Assembly (NCBI GenBank): GCA_907165135.1
Contig: OU015568.1
Location: forward strand, 12,586,001 to 12,650,000
Source: Oikopleura dioica
Lineage: Eukaryota; Animalia; Chordata
Direction: 5' to 3'
DNA length: 64,000 nt
Under the pieces are notes generated by a model. That model worked only from the letters and a program-made list of their open reading frames with translations. It was not told the DNA's origin and did no database searches. Of this stretch, positions 12,645-24,351 are shown piece after piece; positions within the stretch are counted from its first letter, which is position 1; every line of letters starts with the position of its first letter. The translations under genes were made by a program, and so were the position numbers.

Positions 12645-15394
12645 TCATGAATCCATAAAGTTGACAAGAATATATCTCGTGCCCTTCGTTGTCGGCAATC
12701 CAGCATGCTGATGAGTCAATCTTCCGGGAAAAGCAAATCCCATTCCCTGCTTGACCTCGACCGATCTTTGATCTCCCTCCGTCACGCTTCCAACGACCGA
12801 GCACTTGTAACGAGTAAAGTAGGTACCTCCGCCTTCAAAGTCCACATTTGGTCTATTGAGGGCGATTTGAAATGTCCAAGTTGAAGAATCATGGTGAGGT
12901 CGAAGTCGATCTTGCTCGCCCGGTTTGTAGCGGACGACGAACATGAGGTTGGGCTTATTGTCGGGAGAGTAGCCAGTGTAAAACTTGGAAACCATCGGAG
13001 CAGCGTAAGTCTTGACAACGTAAAGCCACTCGTCATGAAGACCGATTTGATTCATGTGAATATCAACTGTTGGAACATTTTCGTATCCTCCAGACAAGCG
13101 GTCGTCTTTGTGAGCATCGTTGCCACCAGACCACTTTCCGTAGTGTTCCATTTCTTCAATCATATCAAAGCCGCCCTTCGAGGTCAAAAATGGGAAAGCA
13201 ACAACATCAGGGCAAGGTTCTTCCATTTCCGTTTCTGGTTCAAGAACTCTCCAGTAATCAGAATCGAGATAGTCTTCTTCCCAATCTGGCCTGTTCCATT
13301 CAGGTTGCCAGAGCTCAGGATGAAGTCTATCAACAGGAAGGTGCTCCTTGTCAACAAGACGACCCCAGTAAGCTTGATTCGATACATGCATGAAAATGCC
13401 AAGAGTTCGAAGATTCGCAGAAAAGTCCAAATCCGGGTCCTTGAAATTCCCTCGCCACGGTGATTGAGCGAGTCCAGCAAACATGTCAAGCAAGTCAAGA
13501 GCAAGATTTTTGTGCATGAGGTAGGCTCCGTTTACAAATGGCATGTTCCAGATTCCGACGCGTGTGCCTTGAACAATGTCTAGATAATCATCGCTCCTAA
13601 AAATAAGATTTAGAAAAGTGAAGTAAATAGACATTTATGGAAATGAAAGACCAAAATAGAGGTCAATAAACCGCGATCGCCCGGAACTGAGAAATGCAGC
13701 TGATGGTGTTTTATGCTTCTGGAACTAAATCGAACTCGATCTTCAGCTGATCTTGGGGATTAGATGCTTATCGGACTGTGGCGCTCTCGATTGCGCATAT
13801 AAATACTCTTGAGAATCGGAAAATTACAATTATAATCATGACTCCGAGAAAACCAGTCTTTTCAAAGAACAATTTTATGTTTTACAACGCTGAAGAGATT
13901 ATTGACGAAGATATGGAAGAATGGAATAATATTTCTGTCATTTCGGTTCGGAAATTCATTGGAATAGTTCCACTCAACATGTAAAAAACCAACCTTGAAT
14001 AATAACCATCAGAAGCAACTGCACCCCAGTAATTCGACCAAAGCTTGCCATATCTACTCATCCCTGGAGCAACCAATTCAAGTCCAGTCTTCATCAGCTC
14101 TCCAACAACTGCGGCGTTCGTCAATTGAACATATCCATCGACAAAGAACGCGAACTCTGCCGATTTGTCTTCCGTCAACTGAAGAGCGAATTTTCGCGCC
14201 ATAATACTGCTCATATTTTCTTTTGAAGAAATAAACTTTGTTGACTTGTAAGAGGACCCAAAAGCTTCTAGGAAGGTTTCAACGCGTTCATCGGCCCAAG
14301 CAGTGTTGGAGTAAATTAGTAAATGGGTATTTTCTGCTGGGTAGTCTATCGAGGCAATTCTTTTGAGAGCATTGTGCACAAAAGGAGTGATTCCATCGAT
14401 GATGAAAGCAAGGACGATGTCGCGATTTGTATCAGTAGCATCTTTGAGAGTTCAAAAACTAAATTTTCGACAATGTTTTAAAGAAATTCGTCTCAAAAAT
14501 AAGTGCTCTCGAACTCGTTCCTTTCAATTTTTTGTCACAAGCTGGGCATCCATAATCCGGCCTCCAGCCCTGAGGAACGTAATTACTAATTCTATTCAGC
14601 TCATTTTTGCTCGGTCCGTTTCCATGAATAACCAAGGGCTTTGTCCGGTACTTTGTGTTCTCAACTCGATTGTCACCGTCGGCAGTTCGGGCGAAATCGA
14701 TTCCAACTTCTTCGAGAGCTCCGTTGAGATTGAAGAATAACTCGGCTTTGTGATCCAGTGCGATTCCGTATTTCTCTCTGAGTTCTTTGTCGATGTAGGC
14801 TTCGGTGTAAAATAGCTGGTCGTCGTCGCGGTCACCGATGGAGCGAAAGTCGAGGAGCTGGAGGAAGATATCCGCGCGCGCTAAAATTGCGCCAGAGCAG
14901 AGGAAACGTTTCCCGAGAACAAGTGGGTACTTTGGCTATAAATTACAGTCCGTAAAAATTCGAGGCCAACTAGTTTTTACCTCGAGTGAACGATCCGGCC
15001 AAATAAGATCTTCCGCGGAAATCAGCACGTTCGTTTTATAATCAACTTTTCCCGCGATTTCATCGAATCTTGAAAAGATCTCTTCTTCCTTTCCAGTAAT
15101 GATCACATCGTAAGCATCTGTGAAAAGAAAGTACAAGTCTTTATTCCCTTCGTATTCGGCAAGTTCTTTTTTGAGAAGATTGACCTTGTGTCCTCCACCG
15201 GGGCCATTTGCGATGTCTCCTCCAAGCCAGTCTTCTCCGAGTCCAAATGTTTTGCTTTTCAGACCAGAGTATTTTACAGATTCTTCCCAGCGAAGATAGC
15301 CATCAGTTTTTTCCGTCGCTACGGTAACAACAAGAAGCTCTCTAGCATTCGCCACCGATTGACTCAGTAAATGAGCCAGCGCTAGAACTTTCAT
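12645..15394 (-). CDS. PLOD: Procollagen-lysine 2-oxoglutarate 5-dioxygenase (lysyl hydroxylase, LH3-like)
   Basis: Signal peptide, LLVVTVATEKTDG, GGGHKV, FTDAYDV (glycosyltransferase motif), GGYENVPTVDIHM and LRPHHDSST...H...RY Fe/2OG ligands. Contains a GA-AG intron at 14442-14520. Confidence 0.97.
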
Positions 15395-16036
15395 TGCTTT
15401 GAGAATTCTCTTGCTTCTTCTTCTATTTCACTCTTTTTGGACCTCGTTCTCTCTCTCTTTTTTGATCTGATTTTACAACCGTATTTGGGATTCGTCAATT
15501 GGCCGCGCGGGGGACTTCACAAGTGCGCGAAATAAGCCGGCCACGGAGGATCGTCAATTGCCGCCAGAGCCTACTTTTGGGTCACCCTTCTCGACAATCT
15601 CAGCTCGGCAAACACAGCCAGCTCAAGTCGGCCCCTCGAGCTCATCTCATTTCAAAAGAGCTGATTGGTTGACCCGGCAGATTTCAAACGCCTGCTTGCT
15701 TTATCATAATTACCAAATTGTAAATTTTTTCTACTTACGACTGATGAGTCGCTTATCAAAAATAATATTGTACTTATCATCGTTTTAACGTAAGAAATTT
15801 ATTGTAATTTGTAAATCTATTCAAAATCAGTCGAAATTGTGAGAAAATTGACTTCCTCTCGATGAACAGGAAAAAGTGGGTTTGAATGTGATGAAAGCTG
15901 AAAATAAAAATATAACTTATAAAGTGTCAATTCTTGCGCATTCTACCATTAAATTTGTTCGAGTTGATTTGCATCAACTTTCTTCTTTACTTCCTACACA
16001 AATCTGGCGCTGTCTACTTCGGAATTTAGATTTTCG

Positions 16037-16044
16037 TATATAAA
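16037..16044 (+). promoter_or_regulatory. TATA box of the ZP-domain gene
   Basis: TATATAAA about 45 bp upstream of ATG 16087. Confidence 0.5.
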
Positions 16045-16086
16045 AATGATCTTCCCGTCAACATTCCGATTTAAAAACTCAAGAAA

Positions 16087-17645
16087 ATGAAACTTTTTTC
16101 TTGTCTTTTTCTAAAGGCGATAGCATCAGGGGAAACCGGATATTCGGGGAACTTTCGACGGCATGGCGTAGATTTCACTTGCTTTCCTGATGAGAGTTTC
16201 TCATTCAATCCTGCTGAAAGCTACCTGTCGAATTTTCCAGGGCAGCGCAATGACGGATTAAGACGTCCTGTAAGTATCAATTTTCAAGTGTTCCTTTTCG
16301 ATTGAAAACTGCTCAAGCCTAATAATTATAGGATAATCGGGCAGTATGTATTGTCGACCGTCAAACTTCAGAAGATGTCATGTCTCTTGGACCAACGGAT
16401 GTTGTCAAGAATGTTTTTAAAACAACTGAAACTTGTGCCTGCGAGTTTAATCCCTACAACCAGAGTGAGAAATTTAAATTTGATTCGACTCCAGGTTGCG
16501 CCGATATCTTTAAACGATCAGAAGACATCCAGGACGGACAAACAACCTGGATTTTCGGAATCGGATATGACGATTTTTGGGATATAAATGTAATAAACAC
16601 GATGAGGCTGATCATATTTTATTATTTTAGAGCTACGGCATGGATTATTTGAAATATGACGGACGAATGTGGCAACTTCAGTGTACAATGAAGACAACTA
16701 GTGAAATCGGGATCGATCCCTTTTCAATCATTAGAAATGTATACGACAAAGACCAAGATTTCGCAAAAACATCGCTTTATTTTGGCTTGCGTGCTAGATT
16801 CAATGGTTTGATCAAAAATAATTTATAAAACGATTATTTATCGAAGGTGCTCGCTTCGAAAGCCGTATTTATGGACCTAACCTCCCACAAATTGGTTGGA
16901 AGAATAGAGAAGCTGTAGATCTTAAAATCGGAGATGACCCGGAGTTGCGTATCAATTTCGATACACTATCAGAATTACCAGAATTAACGTTTCCGGAGTT
17001 TTCCCAAGGTGCCCTAGTTTTTGTTTATTTCTTAGCTTCATATTTCAGAATCTGCCTACTCTCCTTTTCTTGCTCAATGTGGCCTGAATGTAACTAGGGA
17101 CATTTAAAAATTAATGATAATTAAAAAAATAAAATTTTGGCATTCTGTTAAACATATTTTAAATGATTAAACAGTGAGGACGAGCTTTTTTATACCTATT
17201 ATCCTGTGGTTGAAAACGGATGCATCAACACGGATTCATTCCTCGTCAACAGCGATGAATTCAGTCTTGCTACAGCTGAAACAGAGCAAGACACATTTGT
17301 TTGGAGTGGAGTCCAACTTTTGTACGGTGGCGTACAAAAAGTAACGTTCACTTGCAAAGTGAATGGCTGCAAAAGTTACGGCACAGGAGAGCACTGTACC
17401 CCTGCTGATCGCTGCAAAAACAACTACGGTTCATCGACTCGTAAAATGACAGTAAGAAACAATGATGATGCCGGTAAGTTAAATAGAGAAATTTTATTTA
17501 TTCTATAATTTCATCTATATTTCTAAAATTTTCAGAGGATGATGATGACATCGACGGCTTCATTGAAGAAATCAGTTTCATCTTGTCGGACGCTGGCACA
17601 ATCAAAATCTTCCTCCCTCTCCTCGCATTAATTTTCTTGCGATAA
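16087..17645 (+). CDS. Secreted/GPI-type ZP (zona pellucida)-domain-like protein; multi-exon
   Basis: Signal peptide. ZP-C-like pattern YPVVENGC...F.W...VTFTCKVNGC...C...C followed by basic residues. Hydrophobic C-terminus KIFLPLLALIFLR*. Confidence 0.65.
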
Positions 17646-17772
17646 GCTCTTATAGGAAGACTCCCTTTCTTTACAATCATCTTTCGTTCTTTACCATCCC
17701 AAATAAATCATCAACTAACGCTTTATTTGAAGGAAATTAAGATATTTATTGAAGTAAAAATTGACAGTATGT

Positions 17773-20700
17773 TTATTGATAAGAGGCGTAGAATTTCTCA
17801 AGTCGTTGGCGTGCACTTCCAGCGGGCAATCTCGACTCTGGGTCTTAAAAGCGGTTTCGCACCATCGCTTTTGCATAAAAGCCATACCTTTTTCCCACAT
17901 TTCAACAATCATTTGAACAAAAAACTTTCCAATTTCATCTTCGGTCCAATTTGGTCGTATTCTCGGTCGGAGATTCTTAGACACAACGACTGTTCGCATG
18001 ATTTCTTTACTTGGCTGATCGCAGACCAGATGAGAATAAGGAGCAGCGTATTCTTAAGAATTCTGCCTTCTTGATTTCATATTTATTTTTTACCTGGTGC
18101 TTCGTGCATATTCGAAAACTTCGAGCGATTCAAAATTTCCCAAATAACAAGACTCAGGGCGTATAAATCGACTTGTTTGAAGCTCTCAGGATTTGATAAG
18201 TCTGAGTATCGGTCGAGTAGTTCTGGGCTCATGTAACGACTCGTTCCTTGAAAATTTTAGAGTCTTAGAAAGCACAGCATAGTTTATACCAGCTTGCCCA
18301 ATAGACGATGCAGTACTGTACATATCTGGAGATAGTCTCATCGATAAACCAAAGTCGGCCAGAATAACGCTTTTTCCACAGTCATTGACCAGAATATTTG
18401 ATGACTAAAACCAAACCATCAAAAACCCATACCTATTTCTAACAGTACCTTTATGTCCCGATGAGCCATTGGCATCCGCAGGCATCCAAAAGAATCTTTT
18501 TCTGAATGAATAAACTCCACTGCAGACAACAAGGAGAGCGTCAATTCCATCAGCAAAAGAGTGCAAGGAGAGGTCTTCTTCAAATATTGCTGGAGATCGC
18601 CGTTTTGGTAAAATGGCAAGACGAGCCAAAGAGAGTTGCGGCCAGTTTCACTCTTGTGCTCAACGGAGGAAAGAAGCCGGATCACGTGCTTTGATTGATA
18701 AAGTGGCGAAGCTTTGAAAATTCATAAAATAAGGTCTCTGATTGAAGATAGTGCTGATGATGAACTTTTCCTAAGACGGATCGCTCTTGTCTCCAGGAAG
18801 CACTTTCCGAAGCGTTGAATTCTTTCACACAGAAATCTCCCGGCTGAAAACATTCTCTTCTCAAACCAATCAAAAGCTTCTAACCTCATTTAAACACTTG
18901 ACTTTCCAAACAGTGGAAAACCGACCTTGGCCGATCACACTGTCAAATCTGATATTGTCACTGTAATAACGCGACGTCGCAGCTGTACTCGCTGTTCTGG
19001 AGGAGGTCGGAGAATGGGCAGTGCTGACTTCTAACGAGTCGTGAAGAACTGTTGTCGGAATGCCGGAATCACGTGAGCTGGATTCTTCGTAATGAATTGA
19101 TAGAAGTTTTTCTGATTTCCGGAATTTTCTCAGCCATATTTTTTTTATTGAATAAACAGATTTTTAAAAGGTCAAAATGTTAACTATGGGATCCCTTAAT
19201 CGCTCAGGTGCGTAAATAATCGCAGGCTGTTTAAATTCCATTCCTTGAATTGATTGCGTATTGCAATTTTGAACTTGTTGGTCCCTGATTTCGTCCGTGG
19301 GGCGGTACTTGCGCATCAGTTTGGGATGAAGCCCAAGGGCCTAAATTTAGACTTGTCAAATCCTTTCTTCGCGAGGTATGCTTCCACTGTCAATCCGCGG
19401 CTTGTTCGCTTTCGACAAACATACCTTTGCCATGCGGAAATAAGAGTACGCGCAGATCATCACCAGAAGACAGGCAAGGCTCATTGAAATCAGCACAGCC
19501 GCAATCATGAGCCCAGGATTCGGAATGACGAGCGGATCATATCCTTTAAGACAAAGTAACTTCTTTATTTTTTTCTCAATTTACCAGAGTAGACAAATTC
19601 AGGGGGCTCGGTCGACGCCTCATAAAAATCGACATAATCCACGGATCTTGGACCGTATCGTCGCAGAAACTCTTCAGTATTGTTGAAGTTGATAACTTTA
19701 TTGCATTTGTCGCCTCGACAATAACAGAATGCTTGTGCTCGGGCCAGGTCAAGACTGCATCCTTTCAGCTTTTGGCGATGATCGTAGGATCCTTCCAGAC
19801 ATGTAGCAAAGCTATTCAAGGTTTACAGAATATAAAGAAGGTGAAATCGTTATAAATATAATTGTTTCTCATGTCGTTATTTCGGTTGATTTCTTTCTAT
19901 CAACGAGAGCAAAGAATAATCGCTTATCATTTTGTAACCTGTCCTTGGAACCTTGATAAGACCAGGTTGGATTTCAGTTGAGTTGTCTGGCGAAGTAAGT
20001 GCCCAGTAGCAAACACTTTGCTTTGAACAGATCGTTGACTCGGAGCAAACTTGTTTACAAACTGTCCCTTGGGTTGACCAAATTCAATCCGAAGATTATC
20101 AAAAATAAACTTTACGAAAAGGAGCCTTTTATGGTGATCTACTTTGTTTTTTCTTGGCTCAGAGAGAAAAGGACAGGGTGTTGATTCTTCATCACCCCTA
20201 ATTTTATGGCTTTTCATACAGTCATAAATCACAGTAACAAGTGGTCACTTAGACATTATTCCGTTCTCTTTTTGAACTTTCGAAGTCAAACATCAAAATT
20301 GCCCACTTGATTTATGAAAATTAATTTTTGTTCAAAGATCAAAGGCCGAAAATTTGCTGGCCAAGAAGATAATGAAGAATTACTCAATTACGTCCTTTTC
20401 GAAAACCTTGACAAAGGATGGGCGGAAACGCGACAGGACTAAGCCAACTGTCACACATTCATCCTCAATCTTTTCTAAGGACTTCAAGGAGCGCCGAATG
20501 GGCCCCTCCTCTTTGACAATTGGGACGCAATTTCGGGATGAATTTAAATTGACAACCAAGATCCCTTTTTTTCGAGTCGAGCACACAGCGTAAGATTCAC
20601 CGGAGCAGCACTAAATACCAGTTTTTATTCAGTTCTTTATAAAATAAATAAATTGTAAAGAATATAAAAATCAAACTGGCTATGTTCCAATATTTTCGTA

Positions 20701-20801
20701 TAAAACCCACATTTTTGTCTACTTACTCGATGTGCAGCTGTTCCAGAACTGATAAGACCCAGCGCGAGGCTGATAAATGCCACCTCGGCGTGTGACCTCA
20801 T
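17773..20801 (-). CDS. TGF-beta type II receptor Ser/Thr kinase (TGFBR2-like); ectodomain exons partly unresolved
   Basis: Signal peptide MRSHAEVAFISLALGLISSG, Cys box CYCRGDKCN and TM GLMIAAVLISMSLACLLVMIC; no GS box seen. Kinase motifs GQGRFSTV, RMPMAHRDIK/SSNILV, DFGLSMRL, GTSRYMSPE and ESFKQVDLYALSLVIWE. Confidence 0.9.
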
Positions 20802-21346
20802 TCTTATCTTTTTCTCTTCTGTTTTATTCTTTTCTTTTCTTCGGCAATTTCTGTTAATCGTGTTACTTTACTTGTCTTTTCTGAGCGTTTTATTTGTTCA
20901 GTCGAATTAGGCTCTGATGATGCTCGTTATCTCACCTTCTCGACAAACGAGCCGCCTCTTTTCTCCTTTATTACTGGTCACGTGGACAGGCTCAACATCC
21001 GCCCGAAAAGAGGAAAAATCAACAGGAACAGTACTTTTATATATTTAGCGAATCTCACGAAAATCCCCCGCAGTTTGCGCGGCGCACGCGCGGGCCTTAG
21101 TAGGGGGCGCTCGTCTTTTTTTTATACGAGGATTAGGCGAGATCAAGAGAATTTTTGTATTTTGATAAATAATTAATTGGGAGGGATAGTGACAAACAAA
21201 TATTGATCTTTTAGTTTAGAATGAATGAAATAAATATTAAATTTACTGCTTTAGTAATAGTTTCTTCATTAAATTCAAAAAATTTTGAGTTGTGGGAAGA
21301 TTTTGTCGGGGTAAAGGGTTCAATGGTTAGGGTTAGGATATCAGTC

Positions 21347-21652
21347 TCACATGTATAGACTTTTACCTATAGTCTTTCGGCCTGGCCAATAAAGAATGTT
21401 AGAGGTTGATTGTTTCTTCAATTCTATTTGTGTCTTTATTTTTCTTTGACCCGGAAACAAGGACATTTTCAAAATGTTCTCAAGGAGCTCAATCAATGCC
21501 AGCGACTTCCATAAATAATAAATGTGTGTTTTGATGATGGGAAGAGAAGCATCACAAACTCTCCTCTCCTGCTGTCTATTTTCAGGATGTGATCCGTCCC
21601 TTGATCGATGAGCAAAACTCATTGCCCAACGTCGCCAAAACTTCGGGATCAT
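21347..21652 (-). CDS. Candidate small orphan ORF just downstream of NME8/9
   Basis: ATG-initiated 101-aa ORF in AT-rich DNA, about 95 bp after the NME8/9 stop and preceded by AAAG. No recognisable domain. Confidence 0.25.
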   Translation of the reverse strand: MIPKFWRRWAMSFAHRSRDGSHPENRQQERRVCDASLPIIKTHIYYLWKSLALIELLENILKMSLFPGQRKIKTQIELKKQSTSNILYWPGRKTIGKSLYM

Positions 21653-21747
21653 CTTTTTATGCGATCTTTATTGTTTTGATAGAAAAATATAGGTTGAACA
21701 TAATGTATAAATACAGTATCTTGGCGCTGGAAAAACGAACAGAAGTT

Positions 21748-24001
21748 TTAGCTCAGTAAGAGTTCGTAGTACATGTCGAGATTTTCGGTCGAGGAGGGTG
21801 TGTGAATCGCTAGAATTTTTGATAAAGCCGGAATCGATTAGATCAGTACCGTTTTCGAGGATCGACTTAGCAAAATTCGCCCGGATAGATTCCTCAGCAA
21901 CTTTTTTCGCTTCCTCCGGATCAGTAGGTCCTACAGTAGCTCTAGAAAGAAATGGGTTAGCGATTGCGTCAGCGAGTTTGCTTCTAATCTCACCTCAATT
22001 TTTCGAGAGAATTACGATCCGCGAGAACGAGGACTTTGCACGTGCCTTCCGTCATGTGATTAACGAGATTATCGAAGAACTCTTCGCCTTCCTTTCCGTT
22101 GTAGATTTTAGACGCGACTTCCTGAAGGTATTTTTTAAGAAGAACCCGCTTGTTTTCGTTGGCGCTTAAATTGTTTTTTTGTACCTTTGAAAGAGTCACA
22201 TCTTTTGACTGTTTTACTTCGAACCCGCTCTTTTTCAAATGTTCCACAATATCATCGGCCTATAAGAAAGCTTCTTTGTCAGTACTCTTTGACTTCATTA
22301 CCTGGTCAAAAGCATCAGGCTTGATCAGTGCAATGGCATCCTCGTCGTCTGGAAAGATTATCGACCTTTCTGCTTGGACACTTTCTTGAGAGTCGGCTGC
22401 GTGAATCGGATTAATTTCGGATGATTGGAATCGAGCGCGGAAACTTTCCGGAGCTTCTTCTGCCGCTCCTTTGGCAGGACCAAGGTACTCTCGCCAGTTT
22501 TTGATAGCATCGATCTTTGGAAAATCAGAAATTGAGCTTTAAAAAATCGGCTACCTTGGCCAAGCAAAGCACTAGGCAAGGACCAGCGGTCATCTGGGCA
22601 ACAAGCTCGTCGAAGTACTCTTCATCTTTTTTGGAATCGTAAAGCATCTTGACCTGCTCCTCTGTCAACGTAACTTCGGATTGTCTTGCAATTTCAAAGC
22701 CAGCTTCTTCAAAAAACTATTCTCTTCGTTGATTTCAATCATGCCTTACCTTTGATCTCTTTCAAAATTTCCTCCCGGTGAAGTTTCGCGGCTTCTGGAC
22801 GAATAATGGTTATTGTTGTTTCGGCTTTGGGCTCTGGGAACACTTCTTCGCCCTCAGCTGGAAGGAAGTCTGCCATTTTTTCTTGCACAGATTGAGGAAT
22901 CACAGCCTTGGGGTAGTTGAATGTCGGGAAGAAAAACGCAAGTTCACGAGCAGCTTCGTCAGTCGAGGAACTACCGTGAACGGCATTGGAAATACCACTG
23001 AAAATTAAAATGATTTGTAATTATGCAGATTTTATGTACCTTGATCCAAACATAGCTCGGATAGATTCAGGACTTGTTGACTTGGCCTCTTCTGGTTCGA
23101 AAGGCCCGATGATGGTTCGCCAGAGATCAACAACTCCATCGCCCGTATCTCCCTTAGTCAGCCCAAGAACGCGAATAGGCCCGGAAGTCATGAAGGATAC
23201 CAGTTCGTCATAAACTTCTGTATCTACTTTTTGCGGCTAAAACAAATTATTACTCGATATCAAGAAAAAAAGACTCACATAAAGAGAGGCAACATCATCA
23301 GCATTCAAAATTTTCTCCTCATCTGCGACGATTTCAATTCCATTTTGCTCGATCATGTCCAGAATCTTTCCGGTCTTGTTCTGGTCACTAACGACGTCTG
23401 GTTTCAAAATGCCGACAGTGACGATTTTCTTCATCGACTGAACAGTAGAATTTTCATTTTCAGATGAGAGCAAGCCTTCATTGTCTTCAGAATCGACGGC
23501 AAGAGCTGGATCAACAATGACGGTTCGTTCTGCTTCTCCTGCTGCTACTGCTGTTTCAATCTTGAACGAAATAAAAAAACTGCAGAGTGAAAATCAAAAC
23601 CTGATGCATTTCCCGAATCTTTCTCTCGACAACTGGCGCGTTGCATCCTCTAATCAGAGCCACGAGCTCTCCACCGCCGTAAAAATGAAAGCAAGGCTCG
23701 CAATTTCCTCGGTAATTCTCCAAAGAGTCTATGGATTCGCACTCCGCAGTGGCAAAATGAAGCAATGGACTGCTAAACTCGACTTTGAGTCGCTGAAAGA
23801 GGCCGGCCATTCCTTTGCATGGTCTTTTATAGGTTTCGAAAATTAACTCATTCCTCGAGAAAAAATCATATTTTTAAACCGCTGCCCACACCAGTTTTGA
23901 AAACAATCAATGACAGTCAATCCAGGTTTGCCAAGAAATGCATCCCATTCTTCTTGATTCGTGAGTTCCTCTTGAAGAACAATCTCTTTCTTTCTCGACA
24001 T
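21748..24001 (-). CDS. Thioredoxin + nucleoside-diphosphate-kinase domain protein (NME8/NME9/TXNDC3 family, outer-arm dynein associated)
   Basis: MSRKKEIVLQEE... with WCG/PCK across a GC-AG intron (23824-23885), then YRGNCEPCF. Tandem NDPK-like domains: TVGILKPD, FMTSGP..WRTIIGP and TIAIIRP. Confidence 0.92.
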
Positions 24002-24061
24002 TTTTCAGGGCGGAAATTTTCCTTTTGGAATCTCCTCGACCGTTTACTCACTTTTCTATCT

Positions 24062-24075
24062 GTAGCCATGACGAC
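24062..24075. promoter_or_regulatory. RFX X-box-like element upstream of the ciliary NME8/9 gene
   Basis: GTAGCCATGACGAC, one mismatch to GTHNYYATRRNAAC, about 60 bp upstream of the ATG. Confidence 0.55.
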
Positions 24076-24351
24076 CCTCGCTCGTAGCTCGAAAAAAAAA
24101 AATCATTTTTAGGAGACAGCATGCAAAAAATGGTCAATTTTGATAACAATGATTATTGATTCATTGAAAATCAAAATTATTAACATTCTCTATATGTTTT
24201 GTTTATTTTCATGATTTATTAAATACGGTTGAAGAACATTGAAAGCAGACAAGTAAGATGCCGTAGTTTTGTAAAGTTTATAACGCCAAATTCATTTTTC
24301 AGTAACGGTGGGAATATTAAATATGGCCGATGTCAAGGAGTAACGCTTCAA

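Noticed and set aside
12891-13463. Long antisense ORFs (also 10611-11183, 4367-4741, 51987-52397)
   Set aside because: These are shadows of real coding exons on the opposite strand, with no motifs of their own.
13600-13994. snoRNA or alternative exon in the long PLOD intron
   Set aside because: No convincing C/D or H/ACA boxes, and no frame-compatible exon was seen.
20745-20810. GATA motif cluster as an enhancer
   Set aside because: It falls largely within the signal-peptide exon of the TGF-beta receptor.
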